Source of the DNA: Raillietiella orientalis | Taxonomy: Eukaryota | Direction: 5' to 3' | DNA: 64,000 bases | Assembly: GCA_036172245.1 (NCBI GenBank) | Contig: JAYWIR010000025.1 | Location: 2,542,001-2,606,000 of the forward strand | In this document: positions 52,787-64,000 of the stretch, in pieces | How the letters are laid out: the number at the start of each line of letters is the position of its first letter | How positions within the stretch are numbered: position 1 is the first letter of the stretch | Position numbers and translations under genes: made by a program | Notes under the pieces: model-generated | The model's database searches: none | What the model was told of the DNA's origin: nothing | The model's input: only the letters and a program-made list of their open reading frames with translations

Positions 52787-53779
52787 CTGGAACATAAAAG
52801 ACGTGTTGGGGTGACTCGAGAGAGCTGAGGCGGGCGGGCGGAAGCGGCCGACGTCACTTCGGAGCAGCAGATTCAACACATCTTCCAGCGATCTCGCGAC
52901 TGGCGTCTCGTGTGCTGCCACAGCACGCGTGGCGGGCGCGGTGCGCAGTGGGAAGAAGGACGAGGACCTCATGCTGGTCACACGGCAAGAAAGGCTCTTC
53001 CTCAACAGTACGTGCAAGAGATGTTGGTTTGTTTTCCCCCATCCCTTCCGGAGGACACGCCTGGGTTTAGCCCTTGGGGGTTTCGCCCTTGGGTTTGGAC
53101 TCTCTCCGTGAGTAGGGTTCTGCACTCCCGGTTCCAATCGTCCTCTCTGCACGGCACACGTCTTGTCTCGCCCACCCTCCCTGGAAGAATTTCGCGCTCG
53201 GCAAGCGCAGGGTCTTCTTCTGGTTTCGCTTCCCAAGTGCTCCTGGGGATGCATCCTGCTATCACTTCAAGCGTTTCCTTCGACTTCCATGAGTCCCAGC
53301 AGTGGAACCCCCTTGATTCTCGTTGAATAGCCAACGGCGATCGTATTCTACTGGACAGATTTTGCAGACGAACGGAGGCTGTTGGCCACTGTCGACAGCT
53401 TTTTCCTTTGTGCCTGTGCGCGTGTGTGTTTTTTTTATATATTTCTGTTTTTACTCAAACCGATCTTGACTCTGCAAGAGGAAATAAAAAAGAATCGCTC
53501 GGATAGATCGTTCCAGTGTGGGTTGACGGTGGCGCTAAGATGCATCCACTTACAGCATCTCTAAGAGTTAGAGCAACTCCTCCTCCTCGCTTTGAAGGAA
53601 GTGAAGGTGTTCGATGGGATCCAAAAATTCCAGCTTTGATGGAATCCCCGGGGAAGTCGAATGTTTTTTGTTTTGTTTTTTTCCTTTCTTTCCTTTTGCA
53701 CGTTTGCTTTACGCTCGATCGACGTTTTTCGTTCTTTCGCAGGTTTGCCATGCCTGAACCACAGATGAAGTACGATTAA

Positions 53780-54642
53780 CCCTTTGCACTCCAAGAGTTT
53801 GTTGACCAGCAACTGCAGCACGCTTTCGAAATCGAAAATTTGAAAAGACATGGCTTTGCTTTGATAAGAAAAATATATATACATAAACGTCCATTCGTCA
53901 GGTGTTTCTCTGCGATGATTCTTTTGGCAAAGCTGTTGGTTTCTTCTTCGATGATCCCCTTGACAAGCTCTTCTGTGAAAAATAACTGGAAATATTCTAT
54001 TGGTTCCACAATGTTCGATGCAATCTGTGGTCCATTGACCCTGGGAGGTACTGTAGAATTTTTGGAATCCTCTTGCTATCCGTTACATCGACCCATTCAT
54101 CTTCTCCGAAAGAGTTTTCACTCTCAATAATTCCGATTCTCCGTCGCCGCTCCACAATAACTGCGCCATCAGTAGAACGAATTCCAGAATCATCATCACT
54201 CGCACTTTCTTCAGATGCGGCATCAGTTGAATTGTCATCAACTGGGTATAAATGAAGTTCTTCTTCACTATCACTCCGTTCGAAATTTTCATAATCCCTT
54301 TCGTCGTTATCCATCTTTAGCAAATTGCTTTGAGACTGGCTGTTGGCAATTAGAGAGCAACTTTGATAGAAAGCTCGAGGTCCTGTTCGAAAACAAACAA
54401 ACTTTAAGAAGTCGTGGTTGCAACTTTGCACTGTGCAATGTTTGCAGAGCAATGATCTGTAACAGGAAGCTGCGAACGATCACGGCGCTTGCTTGCACTC
54501 ACTTTGCATGCCGACGAGCGGGTTGTACATTTTTGGTCTGCAACGTAAGGCCCCCCATTCTGACGCATCAACACAATGCATGTCCCCTCAGCGGCGCCAG
54601 TGGATCCGTGGTGCCATTTTGCATGTCCCCTCGGCAGAAGGG
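53780..54642 (-). mobile_element. Second internally deleted piggyBac transposon
   Basis: TTAA|CCCTTTGCACTC at 53776 and AGAAGGG|TTAA at 54643. Acidic N-terminus followed by PIEYFQLFFTEELVKGIIEEETNSFAKR, a PGBD-type transposase N-terminus, frameshifted and truncated. Confidence 0.8.
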
Positions 54643-54809
54643 TTAAAGCTCCCTGACATCTGAAGCTGCCACTGTTCTTCCGATCCTTAAAGAGTTCTGT
54701 GCGTTTTCCCGCCTTCTTGTTCTCTCTTTGAAGAGCCAGCTTCCGGAAGGCCTTGCGCTTCCTTTCTCCGTAGCAAAATAGGGGGAGCCTGGTATAAAAT
54801 GGGTCGGAT

Positions 54810-55364
54810 CCAAAATCCCGAACGATCATAAATGATACATATTAATCCATGTGTTAATCTTTGTATAAGTACATATGAAGTAATAAGCATATGTATTTAT
54901 TTTTATGGTCTCCATATTATTTTATGTGTATACAGATTAATATATAAAATAAGATGTATATAAAAATAAATACAGAGGATTGTATATATATTAAAGATTA
55001 TTAAATACACATTAAAGATTATATGAAATATATATATCTAAATTAAATATATATACATATCAATGATTACATCAAATATGTACATATTAAATATATATAA
55101 TAAAGATTATAATATATATATATATATATACAATAAGGATATGTACTTATTTTTATATTTATATATTCTTTATAATATATATCAAGAATATAATCAACAA
55201 CTTATTAACTTTATTAAGAAAATGCATGTCACCGAATCTCAATAAATATATTTGTTCTAATAATATTATTACTGTTAATAATATGTCTTTTGATAAATAG
55301 GATGACTACGCATATTAATCCATGAGAAATGATCACACGTGTTTATAATCGTCCGGGATTTTGG
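54810..55364. mobile_element. MITE-like element with 23-bp inverted repeats around an extremely AT-rich core
   Basis: CCAAAATCCCGAACGATCATAAA (54810-54832) versus TTTATAATCGTCCGGGATTTTGG (55342-55364): 21/23 inverted match. Confidence 0.6.
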
Positions 55365-57871
55365 TGGGCATCGGCAAAAAGTGCGCCTGAATTTCCGGCT
55401 TCGTTCTCCCGCCAGTGTCCACCACGGTGGGGGATCTGCTAGGAGGACACTAGAAACGGGACTTGCCGCCCGAGAGGAACGCCTCGCGATCCAGGAAGGG
55501 GTGCCGTAAATGGGGGGGCGAGGTCTTTGAGGGTGCTGCAGGTGTCAGAAACCCCAAACAGCCAATGGAATCTCCGGTGCGTCTTATCGTTCGGAGCGCC
55601 TTCCGCCGGGAGCGTGCCGCGGTGTCCCGTCCACGATTTTCAGTTACTTCGGGGAAGACGAAAAGAAAAAAACGGAGGAAACTCTCTGTGCGTATTTTAC
55701 TTTCTTTTTAGTTTTAAGCTTTTTGGCGTTGCGTTTATAGGTTGCGGCTTTTGTGGCCGTAAAGGTCGCCGTGTCTTTCACGACGCGTGTGCACGATCGC
55801 GTGAGGTCTGAACCATCCGCTGCTGCTATCGTCCCAGAAACTGTGCCGCCAGATACGTTGTTCGGGTGGCTCGGGATCCGCTGTAGAGCCCCCCCCCCTT
55901 CTCCTTCCTGACCGGAATTGCATGGCGGAATCCCCACGGTTACTCCGCTCGGCGGAACTTCGAGACGGGACTGGGTCCTGCGTTCCATCTCTGTTTTCTT
56001 CGCCTGGTCTGCGGCACGGGTGGAGACGCAGGCGACTCTTCCGCAGACCTGCACCCTGCGCACGTCAGGTTCGTTTCGACACGCGGCGAAGTGAATTCCT
56101 CATCCCCTCCTCCTCTTCCAGGGGCTGACCCGTGCGCTTGAGAAAGCGTCCTCGGTCACTCGGAACGCTCAGAGGGTCTCCGCTGCTGGTGGTTCGAGTT
56201 GGTGAATCTCCGCGATGGAGCGTCCCCTTTCACGTGCGCTCGCCCTCACCCTGGAACTTCGGTTGGCATTGCTCGCAACTCACGAAGGAAACAACAAAGA
56301 AACGATAATGGCGGAGTCGCATTCACCCATCCAGCACCCGCATCCGAAATCTTCCAAGCTCGAAGACCGAAGCCAAGAGAAGCTAAGAAGCAGAGAACCA
56401 GTTGGTTAGGGAGAAAACCGGCCTCCTTCCAGGGCAAGCCGGTTGCTCTGAATCTCCCTAAGTCCGGAGAGAGCAGGGCTGATGTGGAGAGGCGTAAGCA
56501 AGAAGTCTGCATCTGCATCTTCGTGCTTTGGATGTTTCGGAAGAGATATCTCTGACCCCAAAGGCATACGAAGAGATAAGAGAAACGGTCAGAAGTGGCC
56601 TAATAGATACAGACGTTCTTCATCACGAGCGCAGAGAAGCACAAGAGCTCTCCACTACTGAACAGTGGGCAGAACAAGCTGCACCCTGAACTGGAAACAG
56701 CAACAGAACTTGGAAGTGGGACGTCTTTAAGAGAAGGCATGAATGAAGATGAAAATGGGGAGGGAGATCACACGTGCCAACCCGTGTGTTTCCTAGATTC
56801 CAAGTTTCTGTAGAGTCTGGTTGAAGGTCTCTTGGCGCTCTCATCTACGCTCTGTTTACGGGGAGGCGCTCTCCAGTGTGAGGTTCTGTGTCTCGACAGC
56901 TTTTCTTCCTCGTGACCGGTGGCTGTTCGCACTGGTGGTCGGGCGTTCCTGAGTCACCACGGAAACTGGGGTGGGAACGCGTGGAAATGCGGCAACCCCA
57001 TGCATCTCGCAAAAACGCTGGTCGAAAAAAAAGCGAAGGGAAAGAGGTTTTTTCTGATGCAGGTGGAAGATTTTTGGAGTCTTTCCTGCTTACGTCGTTC
57101 TTCTGGAATCGCTCCCGTCCCAGGAATCGTGCGCGAGTGGTCTTCATCTGGGATGGCGGGCACACATTGGAAAAAAAAAAGAACTGATGCGGGCAACCTT
57201 ACTTTCCCGAAACCCTGTCTTGGATTTCCTATCTCCTTGCTTTGTTATCCACTTGTAAAATCATCAATGAGCATTTTCAGGAGGTCGCGACCCTTTCAGG
57301 TCCGGTCAAGAGCACTTGGGAAGCAGCACAGGTGGGGAAACGCGCGCGAAGAGAAGACCAGGATGCGCGTTCGTTCGCACCCATGACGACACTTGCAGTG
57401 CTTGACGGCCTCCGAACGCAAGGATAATCGTTAATGAGCAAGACGTCGTTAAAGAGTCGTCGAAGATCTTCACTCCGAAGGACCCTTCCCTCGACGCAAC
57501 CTTTCCACGTTCTCATCGGCATGCTGATAATTTTCACATGGACAATTCTTTCTTTATGTAACCGCTGCTGTGCAGCTGAGGCGTTCTCGACCTCCACCCT
57601 TTCTTTTTCATGAAACAGTTGGTTCCAATATCGGTTTCCCACAGGACCCTTCTGTTACCATGGTTGCCAAAACCACCGCTACGGTAATGAGATGAATAAA
57701 GTTGCTTTAAGGCCAATCGATCCGGGATAAAGGTTCTAACAAATGACAGAGTTGTTCCCCTTCTGATAGCAAGGACGAGAGCATACGTCTTCCAGCAAGA
57801 CGCGGAGTCTGGGCACATGGCTGAAGCAAGAGGATATGTACGTAGTATTTCCCCTCTGGTTGTGAATGAGT

Positions 57872-58345
57872 GGACCCCCCACTCCGGGGGCACCCTCCGC
57901 GTCGTACTGATGGAGTAGGTGTGTCGCCACCACCTCCCCAAGAGTGCAGAGAAGCGAGCCGATCCCTCCGGAGAAGCTGCGTCCTTCTGAATTTCGGAAG
58001 CGTCCCTTCGAGGTTCTCTTCAGAGGAGTAAACAGGAGCGGATCCCTTGCGGGGGATCCCTCCGGAAAAGAAATTCCAGAATCGGATCCTTTACGGGTTC
58101 CCTTCAGAGAAGAAAGAATGGAGCGGACCCGCCTTCCGGGGGGGGGGGTTTCCAGAGAGAATAAGGTCCTTCGGAGACAACCAGGGTGGAGGTGATCCCT
58201 CCCCAGGCGTGAGAGGAACGGACTTCGAGGCCTTCCTGGATTCATAGGGCGGACCCCTCTCGGGGTACTCCCTATCTTGAAGAATTACCCACCCTCGGGT
58301 GGCGTGGAACCGTGTCGAAGAACTGCGAAGACAGAAAAGAAGGAT
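57872..58345 (+). mobile_element. Family B internal/3' fragment B4
   Basis: Collinear with 61158-61640 (CCTTCTGAATTTCGGAAGC, CTTCGGAGACAACCAGGGTGG, CCTTCCTGGATTCA, TGAAGAATTAC). Confidence 0.8.
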
Positions 58346-60813
58346 TCCCATCATCAATAAGAGAAGGATTTCCTCCTCTGATTCTCCTGTATTACATGGA
58401 GCCCTACTGTGCAGCCGCTAACGTAAACTGTGGCAGCTGGTCGTAACAGCGCAGAATCTCAAGAATGTGCAGATATTCTTGTGAGTTTCCACTGAATGTG
58501 ATTTTCCATGTACGTAATCATGAAATGAATATCACACACTGCCAGTTTGGGATGTTGGCGTGCTCAGTTCAGAGCTTGCTTTCGTTTTTTTTTTTTTAGA
58601 GGCTAGACGCAGCAGCAGCAGGTAGAAGAAGAGCCAAATGCCAGAGTAGATGATATGAGAGAGATTTTTCTGTTTGCAGCTACATGTTTTTGTTTGTTCG
58701 TTTGGTTGGTTGGTTTCAACGAACTGCCTTTTGAGAATCACCGAAACAAACCCTCCCCGAGAATCATTCTATCTGCATCTGCGTGCTACGAGTTTGACAC
58801 TCTTCAAAGCGGATGGACGAAGAAATAGACGGCGTGTGCATTTTCCTCCTTTTTCATTCTAAAGGTGTTGTGTTTGGCGTGTTTTTAGGAGTCTGTGCGC
58901 CTCGGAAGTCGGTCAAGAGCGAGCTTGGCTCTGTGTTAATGCGACGTATTTCTTGTTCCACGACCTTTAATCAGATGCCTCCGAATTTCCCACAAGAGAT
59001 TCAGAGTAGGTAATCCATGGATTCAAACACCACTCCTGATTCTATGAAGATCATCATCAGACTTGAACTCACGTATTTAATCCTTGAATAATCATTAGAC
59101 TTATACCTGCACGTATTTAATTTGCATTAATTAGGGATCTTATTATTCATGATCCGTGTTTCGGAATATCTTAAGCAGTACTGACTGCTGCTTTCAGAGT
59201 GAGGCGGTTCCTTCCCTGTTTCGCTCCTCGATTTCTTCATCGTTTAGGCCTCGTGCGTTGTACCACAGTCAAGTCCGCCACGCTTGAGTCTTTGCCACAG
59301 TTCTGGAGTCGGTGCTACGCCTAGGTCTATGGGAAACACTGTGTTGAGTTCAAATGGACAAGTCGATCAGTTTCCGCAACGCCTTCCTCCTCGGATTTTG
59401 GCGTGACCCCCATTGAGACTTGGATTGGGCGTGTTTTCCAGGGGAACATTTTCACGGTGGAAACTCTCCCAGATATCAGATCAAAGATGACATCTCGCAA
59501 ACAAATCACACACCAAAAAAAAAAAAAAAACAATCAATTACATGAATCACACTTCTTCACTTTAGCGTTCTTTCCACCAGGAAAACAACTCGCTTGAGAA
59601 CACGCATGCTAGAAATCTCTCGCTGACCCCATCCGAAGCGAGAAGATATCAAAGGTGAACTTGGAAGAGAGCGACCAAAAACGAAAAATCGAAAATTATC
59701 GAGGATGCGACATCCAAGATGGATGAGAGCGACTTTGATTCTGCAACGCAAACCACGTACTTGAGAACAAAATCCAAAAATTGAAAGATTCCCATCTTCC
59801 AAGCAAGGGCGGAGAAAAAGAAGTTGACACCAACGTGGAGTAGGGTGTGGTCCTTCTGCCACGGAACCGAGGTGAGTCTTAGCCATCCATTTAGGGCCAT
59901 CTGAGTCGTCCACTTGACGAATTCGTTTCATCGTTCACACTATTTACGTATTTTGAGAACCTCCTATGAAATCAATTGAGTGCATTAATTTTATATTTTG
60001 GGCCATTATTGGTGCATTTCGTGGCGCAAAGGCTGTATTTCAACAGAGTCGTTAAAGCCGACGGTTTGAAAAACTTCAGAACTCTCTTGAGAATTCGCAT
60101 TGACACTTCCTGATAGCGGAGGTCCCCATCCCGATATGGGACGGAAAATTCGGAGGTAGGAATGTTCGGGAATCCGAAGCAAGGAAATTCACCGAAGGAG
60201 CGCACCCTTCTCCGGTTGAGCCGAGACCCGTTGCACGGAGACACAGGAGGGGAAAGCCACCGTGCTGAAGCCACCAGCGCGAAGAATGACCTCCCTCAAC
60301 TTCTGGACCGAAGCCACGAGTGGTGTCGTCAAAACCTAGAGAATCCGTCTGCAGAAGCTAATCGGAGACAACGGAGGAAGGGAGAGGAGGGGGGATGAAA
60401 ACAAAAGGTCTATCGAGGGCGAGCCACGAAGAGACTACGAGATGGCAGAAATCCAACAAACAGCAACCGAAACGAAAGGTAGCTGGGGAACAAGGTGAAC
60501 GCACGGATCGATGTCACAGCTGACCTACAAGAGGCCGGTGGGAACGACCAGCATCGAACTCGAATGTCCTCTTCAGCTTATACGACGCCTTGTCAGGCTC
60601 TCTTCAGCACACAACTTGAAAATGAGACAAGGAAAGGAGGTGCTTAATGCGGACGCATTCGCAGGGCGGGCTGGGAACAGGGATGGCGCCACACGCAGGT
60701 TCTCTTCGTCCACTGCAGAGAGACGAGCGGCTTCCCTTGACTCGGAAATCGAATCCAAGCTATCGTTCCCCAAATGAGGGCGGGCGGTATCGGTTTCCGA
60801 AAGGCAATGGAGG

Positions 60814-61747
60814 CTTTGTGGTTAAGGCTTCCGCGCGTGGCACCATGCGTCGCGGGTTCGATTACTTGGGCAGATAACTTGACGCCACTGCGTCGTTTGG
60901 GTTCCGAGTTTCTCCTGCAATGGCGCTGGTTGGCCGAGACATTCGGGCGTGGCCCCGGCGGTGGATAAAGCCGGCGGCCTGCCGATGAAGGCCGGAACAA
61001 TGGGAGTCGACCTTCGGGTCCTCCCAGGAATAAAGGAGTGGGGAGTTCCCCCTCCTGTGTGCAAAGGAGAGTGGGCCCTCGTCACCGGGGGGACCGCCTC
61101 CGGTTTCAAGATGGAGCAGGAGCCCTCACGGGCACCTCTCCAGTCGTTCAAAGGAACGGACCCCCCTGTTGGGGGGTCCCTCCGAGTCGTCGCCTCTTCA
61201 GAGTGTGTACAAAGGAAAGAAGCAAAGCGAGAGCGATTCCCTGCGGGAAGCTGCAGCGCCCCTTCTGAATTTCGGAAGCACCCCTGTGGGGGTTGTCTTC
61301 AGAGGAGTGAATAAAGGAGCGGATCCTTTCCGGGTTCCCTTCGGAGAAGTTGAAATGGAGAGGACCACCACCCCTCAAGGGGAGGGGGTGTCCCTCCGGA
61401 GAGAATGAGGAAGGAGAGTTCCCTTCGGGGTTCCCCTTCGGAGACAACCAGGGTGGGAGGTGAGATCCCCCCGTCCGGGAGGGATCCCCCCCGTCCGGGG
61501 GGGATCCCTCCCCAAGCGTGAGAGGAACGGACTCCGAGCCCTTCCTGGATTCAATAGGGCGGACCCCATCCCGGGGTGCCCCCTATCCTGAAGAATATTA
61601 CACTGAAGAATTACACGCCCCCCCCTGCGGGTTGCCGCGGACAGGCGTGGAAACAAAACAGTGTTAATGTTTAAAAAGAGCCACGCGCGCCGCGAGGCAC
61701 GCGACCGGCTCTGAGGTACTTAGCGAACCAAAAAAAAAAAAAAAAAA
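60814..61747 (+). mobile_element. Family B retro-element copy B5 (SINE-like, ~930 bp) with TSD and poly(A)
   Basis: Direct repeat (AAA)GGCAATGGAGG at 60800-60813 and 61745-61758. It has an A18 tail after CTTAGCGAACC and a tRNA-like head GTGGTTAAGGC...GCGGGTTCGATT. Confidence 0.85.
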
Positions 61748-62001
61748 GGCAATGGAGGACACGCCTCTTTGACGACCTCAACCTCGGGTGAGGGCACCTG
61801 TATGCCCTCAGCGGATTTTGTGTCCATTCTTTTCTTCGTTTCGTCTTAAACAGGAATGAAGAGAGGATCGCTGTTAGCGACCAAAGCGAGGTACCAAATC
61901 ATGGCATGCTGCGATGCCATCTTCTGGTGCTCAAGTTTCCGTTGCTATGGAAACATCTCCAAGGCTCCCATCACAAGAGAAAGACTTCGAGGCATTTCCC
62001 T

Positions 62002-62002
<1 letters not shown>

Positions 62003-62048
<46 letters not shown>
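62003..62048. repeat. Poly(T) tract (~46 nt)
   Basis: Uninterrupted T run. It may be the minus-strand tail of a retro-insertion, but no TSD was found. Confidence 0.8.
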
Positions 62049-62051
<3 letters not shown>

Positions 62052-64000
62052 GAGTATTCCAGACGCAGAAGCAATTCCTGGGGGATGCATCGGCCAGATC
62101 GCTTCCTTTTGCGGTGGACAACAAAACAAACAGCTTTGATGGAGACCATTAGAAAATCTGCATACATAAATTTTCATTTCACAAGTATCTTTCTTCACGT
62201 TGGTTGAATTATACCCCCCTCGGGAGGTATCAACCAACCAACGAGATGTCTTTTTCTTTTCTTTGCTCTTTTTCTTGACTTTTTTTTCTTTTTATCTTCT
62301 CTTATTTATATCTTTCTCATCATAACATATTTTGAGGAGTGTACGGCGGAGGACAGAGAAGGTAAATCGAAATGCAGCAAGAGAAGAGAAGTGTTTGTCG
62401 TAACCATTGGGTGTCGTCTTCTTTCAAAGGTCTCTCTCTGTGCACAAGGTGAACAAGCAAAGCCCGCAAATGCACGACAAGGAAAGGGTCTGGGGGGAGA
62501 TTCATAGGGGATGTACTTGAAAAGAAATCCCCCAACTGATTCTTTCGTTCACCAAGGTGTCATTCGTCAAACCATTCCAATTAAGTTGTGTCTATCATCG
62601 TCGTATAAGAAGCGGTTGCTAAAAAAAAGAAAAAAAAAGAAATGCACGTTTCAATATATGAATTTATAAGTGTATTACTTTCGAGACCTTCGAGGATTCG
62701 TAAACGTCCTCATCTTTCCCATTAGAAAGCAGAGGACCGAGTAATACTCAAGGTGCCTTCAGGATGCCATCCATATTTGAAATTTCACTTACATAATGAG
62801 GCGAGATCGGATTTTCTATTTTATTACTGCGTTCATTCATTTTTGTTTCCATTTGAAATTTATTCTTGGTAAGTTTTCTTTTTGGACAGAAAAGAAAACT
62901 CTCTGGGCAGCGAAATTCGTTAATTGCATCGAATTATTTTATAATTATTCATAAAGGGAACTTGGAATGAAAAGTGGCGCTCCACTTACCACTTCCACGA
63001 ACCTCATCCAGCACTCCCTACTCTTCAGCAAGTGCAATTTGGAGAAACTCATCTTCCGACCTGCACCTCACATTCGTGAAACCTGCGTTCTTCTTTGCAT
63101 TCGAGTACAGCGATCTCGCGACTGTGGTCATTAAAGATTCACATCGTTTCTCTGTGGTAGCCCTTTGCCATGGGAACCGAAGGCAAACACATACTTCCCT
63201 CTTTTCCTTGCAGTGCTTGACTCACACTGGGGGCTAATCGACGGAAAACAATGCTCAGATGAGTGTAGCCCAACACTGCGGTGCATGGGTGTGTCAACAA
63301 GCAGAGATTCTGAACGGCCTTGAAAGCGCTGACGAACGGCACCAGAAGAGAGAGGTGAGAAAGTAGGAAAGGGGGAAGAACCAGCACCCCTGAAATGCCA
63401 GGGAGATCTCCAAAAACTTTTGGGCGCCACATCTACGTATACAATGATCCCTGGTGTGCAGATGACGATGCATGTACATCTCATCGTTCCTGTTCACATG
63501 GGGCAGAGGTGCCTCGCAAGAGAAAAATCACTTCTACCATAAAATCCAAGCATCTGATTCAATCATCAGCTGTGCATTCGATTTTTTTCCACTTTCCAGC
63601 ACGAGGACATTCCCTGCCCGAATCCTCGTCCCGTTCGAGATGAACTCTGGACTACTGGTTTGCACCCGGTCACGTCGGGACCTTTCTTTCAAAACTAAAT
63701 GAACTACAAATCAGAGAACCTTCAGTGGCCCCGGAGTGCAAGAAGAAAACAACAAAAAAAGTCCACTAGCCACCGGCCCGCGGCCGAGCTTTTAGGAAAG
63801 TCCGGAACAAGAAGGTAGGGACAATGGTCTTTGGTTTTATTCGTTTCTTTCTTTCTAGAAGCGGCTGTGTATCGCGGTGATCTCCTTGATGACCTCTGCT
63901 TGCAGGTGAGGCCACCTCGTAGCCGTTCGTCCTCATCAAGGCGGCTGCCATGCTGGTGGCCTCCCGTCTCTGCGAAAGAGACTCCAACGCGGAGAGGAAT

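Noticed and set aside
59590..60140. Degenerate repeats (TTGAGAA core; MRVLKRV/MRILKRV) as a CRISPR-like array or alternative exons
   Set aside because: Spacing is irregular, identity is low and frames are inconsistent, and the context is eukaryotic.
61680..61730. HDV-like or hammerhead ribozyme in family B
   Set aside because: GCGAA near the 3' end is suggestive, but I could not build the nested double pseudoknot and found no CTGANGA/GAAA core.
61941..61954. RFX X-box GTTGCTATGGAAAC regulating DRC1
   Set aside because: Good motif match, but ~25 kb from DRC1 and inside repeat-rich DNA, with no supporting evidence.
38000..64000. Many overlapping 100-230 aa ORFs in the GC-rich region as novel genes
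   Set aside because: Arg/Pro/Gly/Ser-rich ORFs in all six frames are expected from GC-rich decayed repeats. I kept only those with recognisable motifs or splice signals.

Overview
Eukaryotic, most likely arthropod, genomic DNA. I saw no prokaryotic operon, CRISPR array or rRNA. An AT-rich, CpG-poor core (~7-37 kb) holds four spliced genes with mostly 40-57-nt introns: SURF6, Sex-lethal (Sxl), a short Ig+FN3+TM cell-adhesion gene (borderless-like) and DRC1. The GC-rich regions (0-6.5 kb, 18-21 kb, 38-64 kb) are packed with decayed mobile elements and hide two exons of a 4-TM MARVEL/snakeskin-like gene. Mobile elements: (A) seven fragments of an L1/Tx1-clade LINE, one with a decayed RT; where the end is preserved, the copies end in two conserved hairpins instead of a poly(A) tail. 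(B) Five fragments of a GC-rich, apparently non-coding retro-element with tRNA-like motifs and many UUCG-tetraloop hairpins showing covariation; two copies keep a poly(A) tail and one has a clear TSD. There are also two internally deleted piggyBac relics and a MITE-like element. Locally templated insertions are visible: a three-piece mosaic at 18665-19026 and a 40-bp copy of SURF6 coding sequence. All gene models and alignments were made by eye, without database searches.
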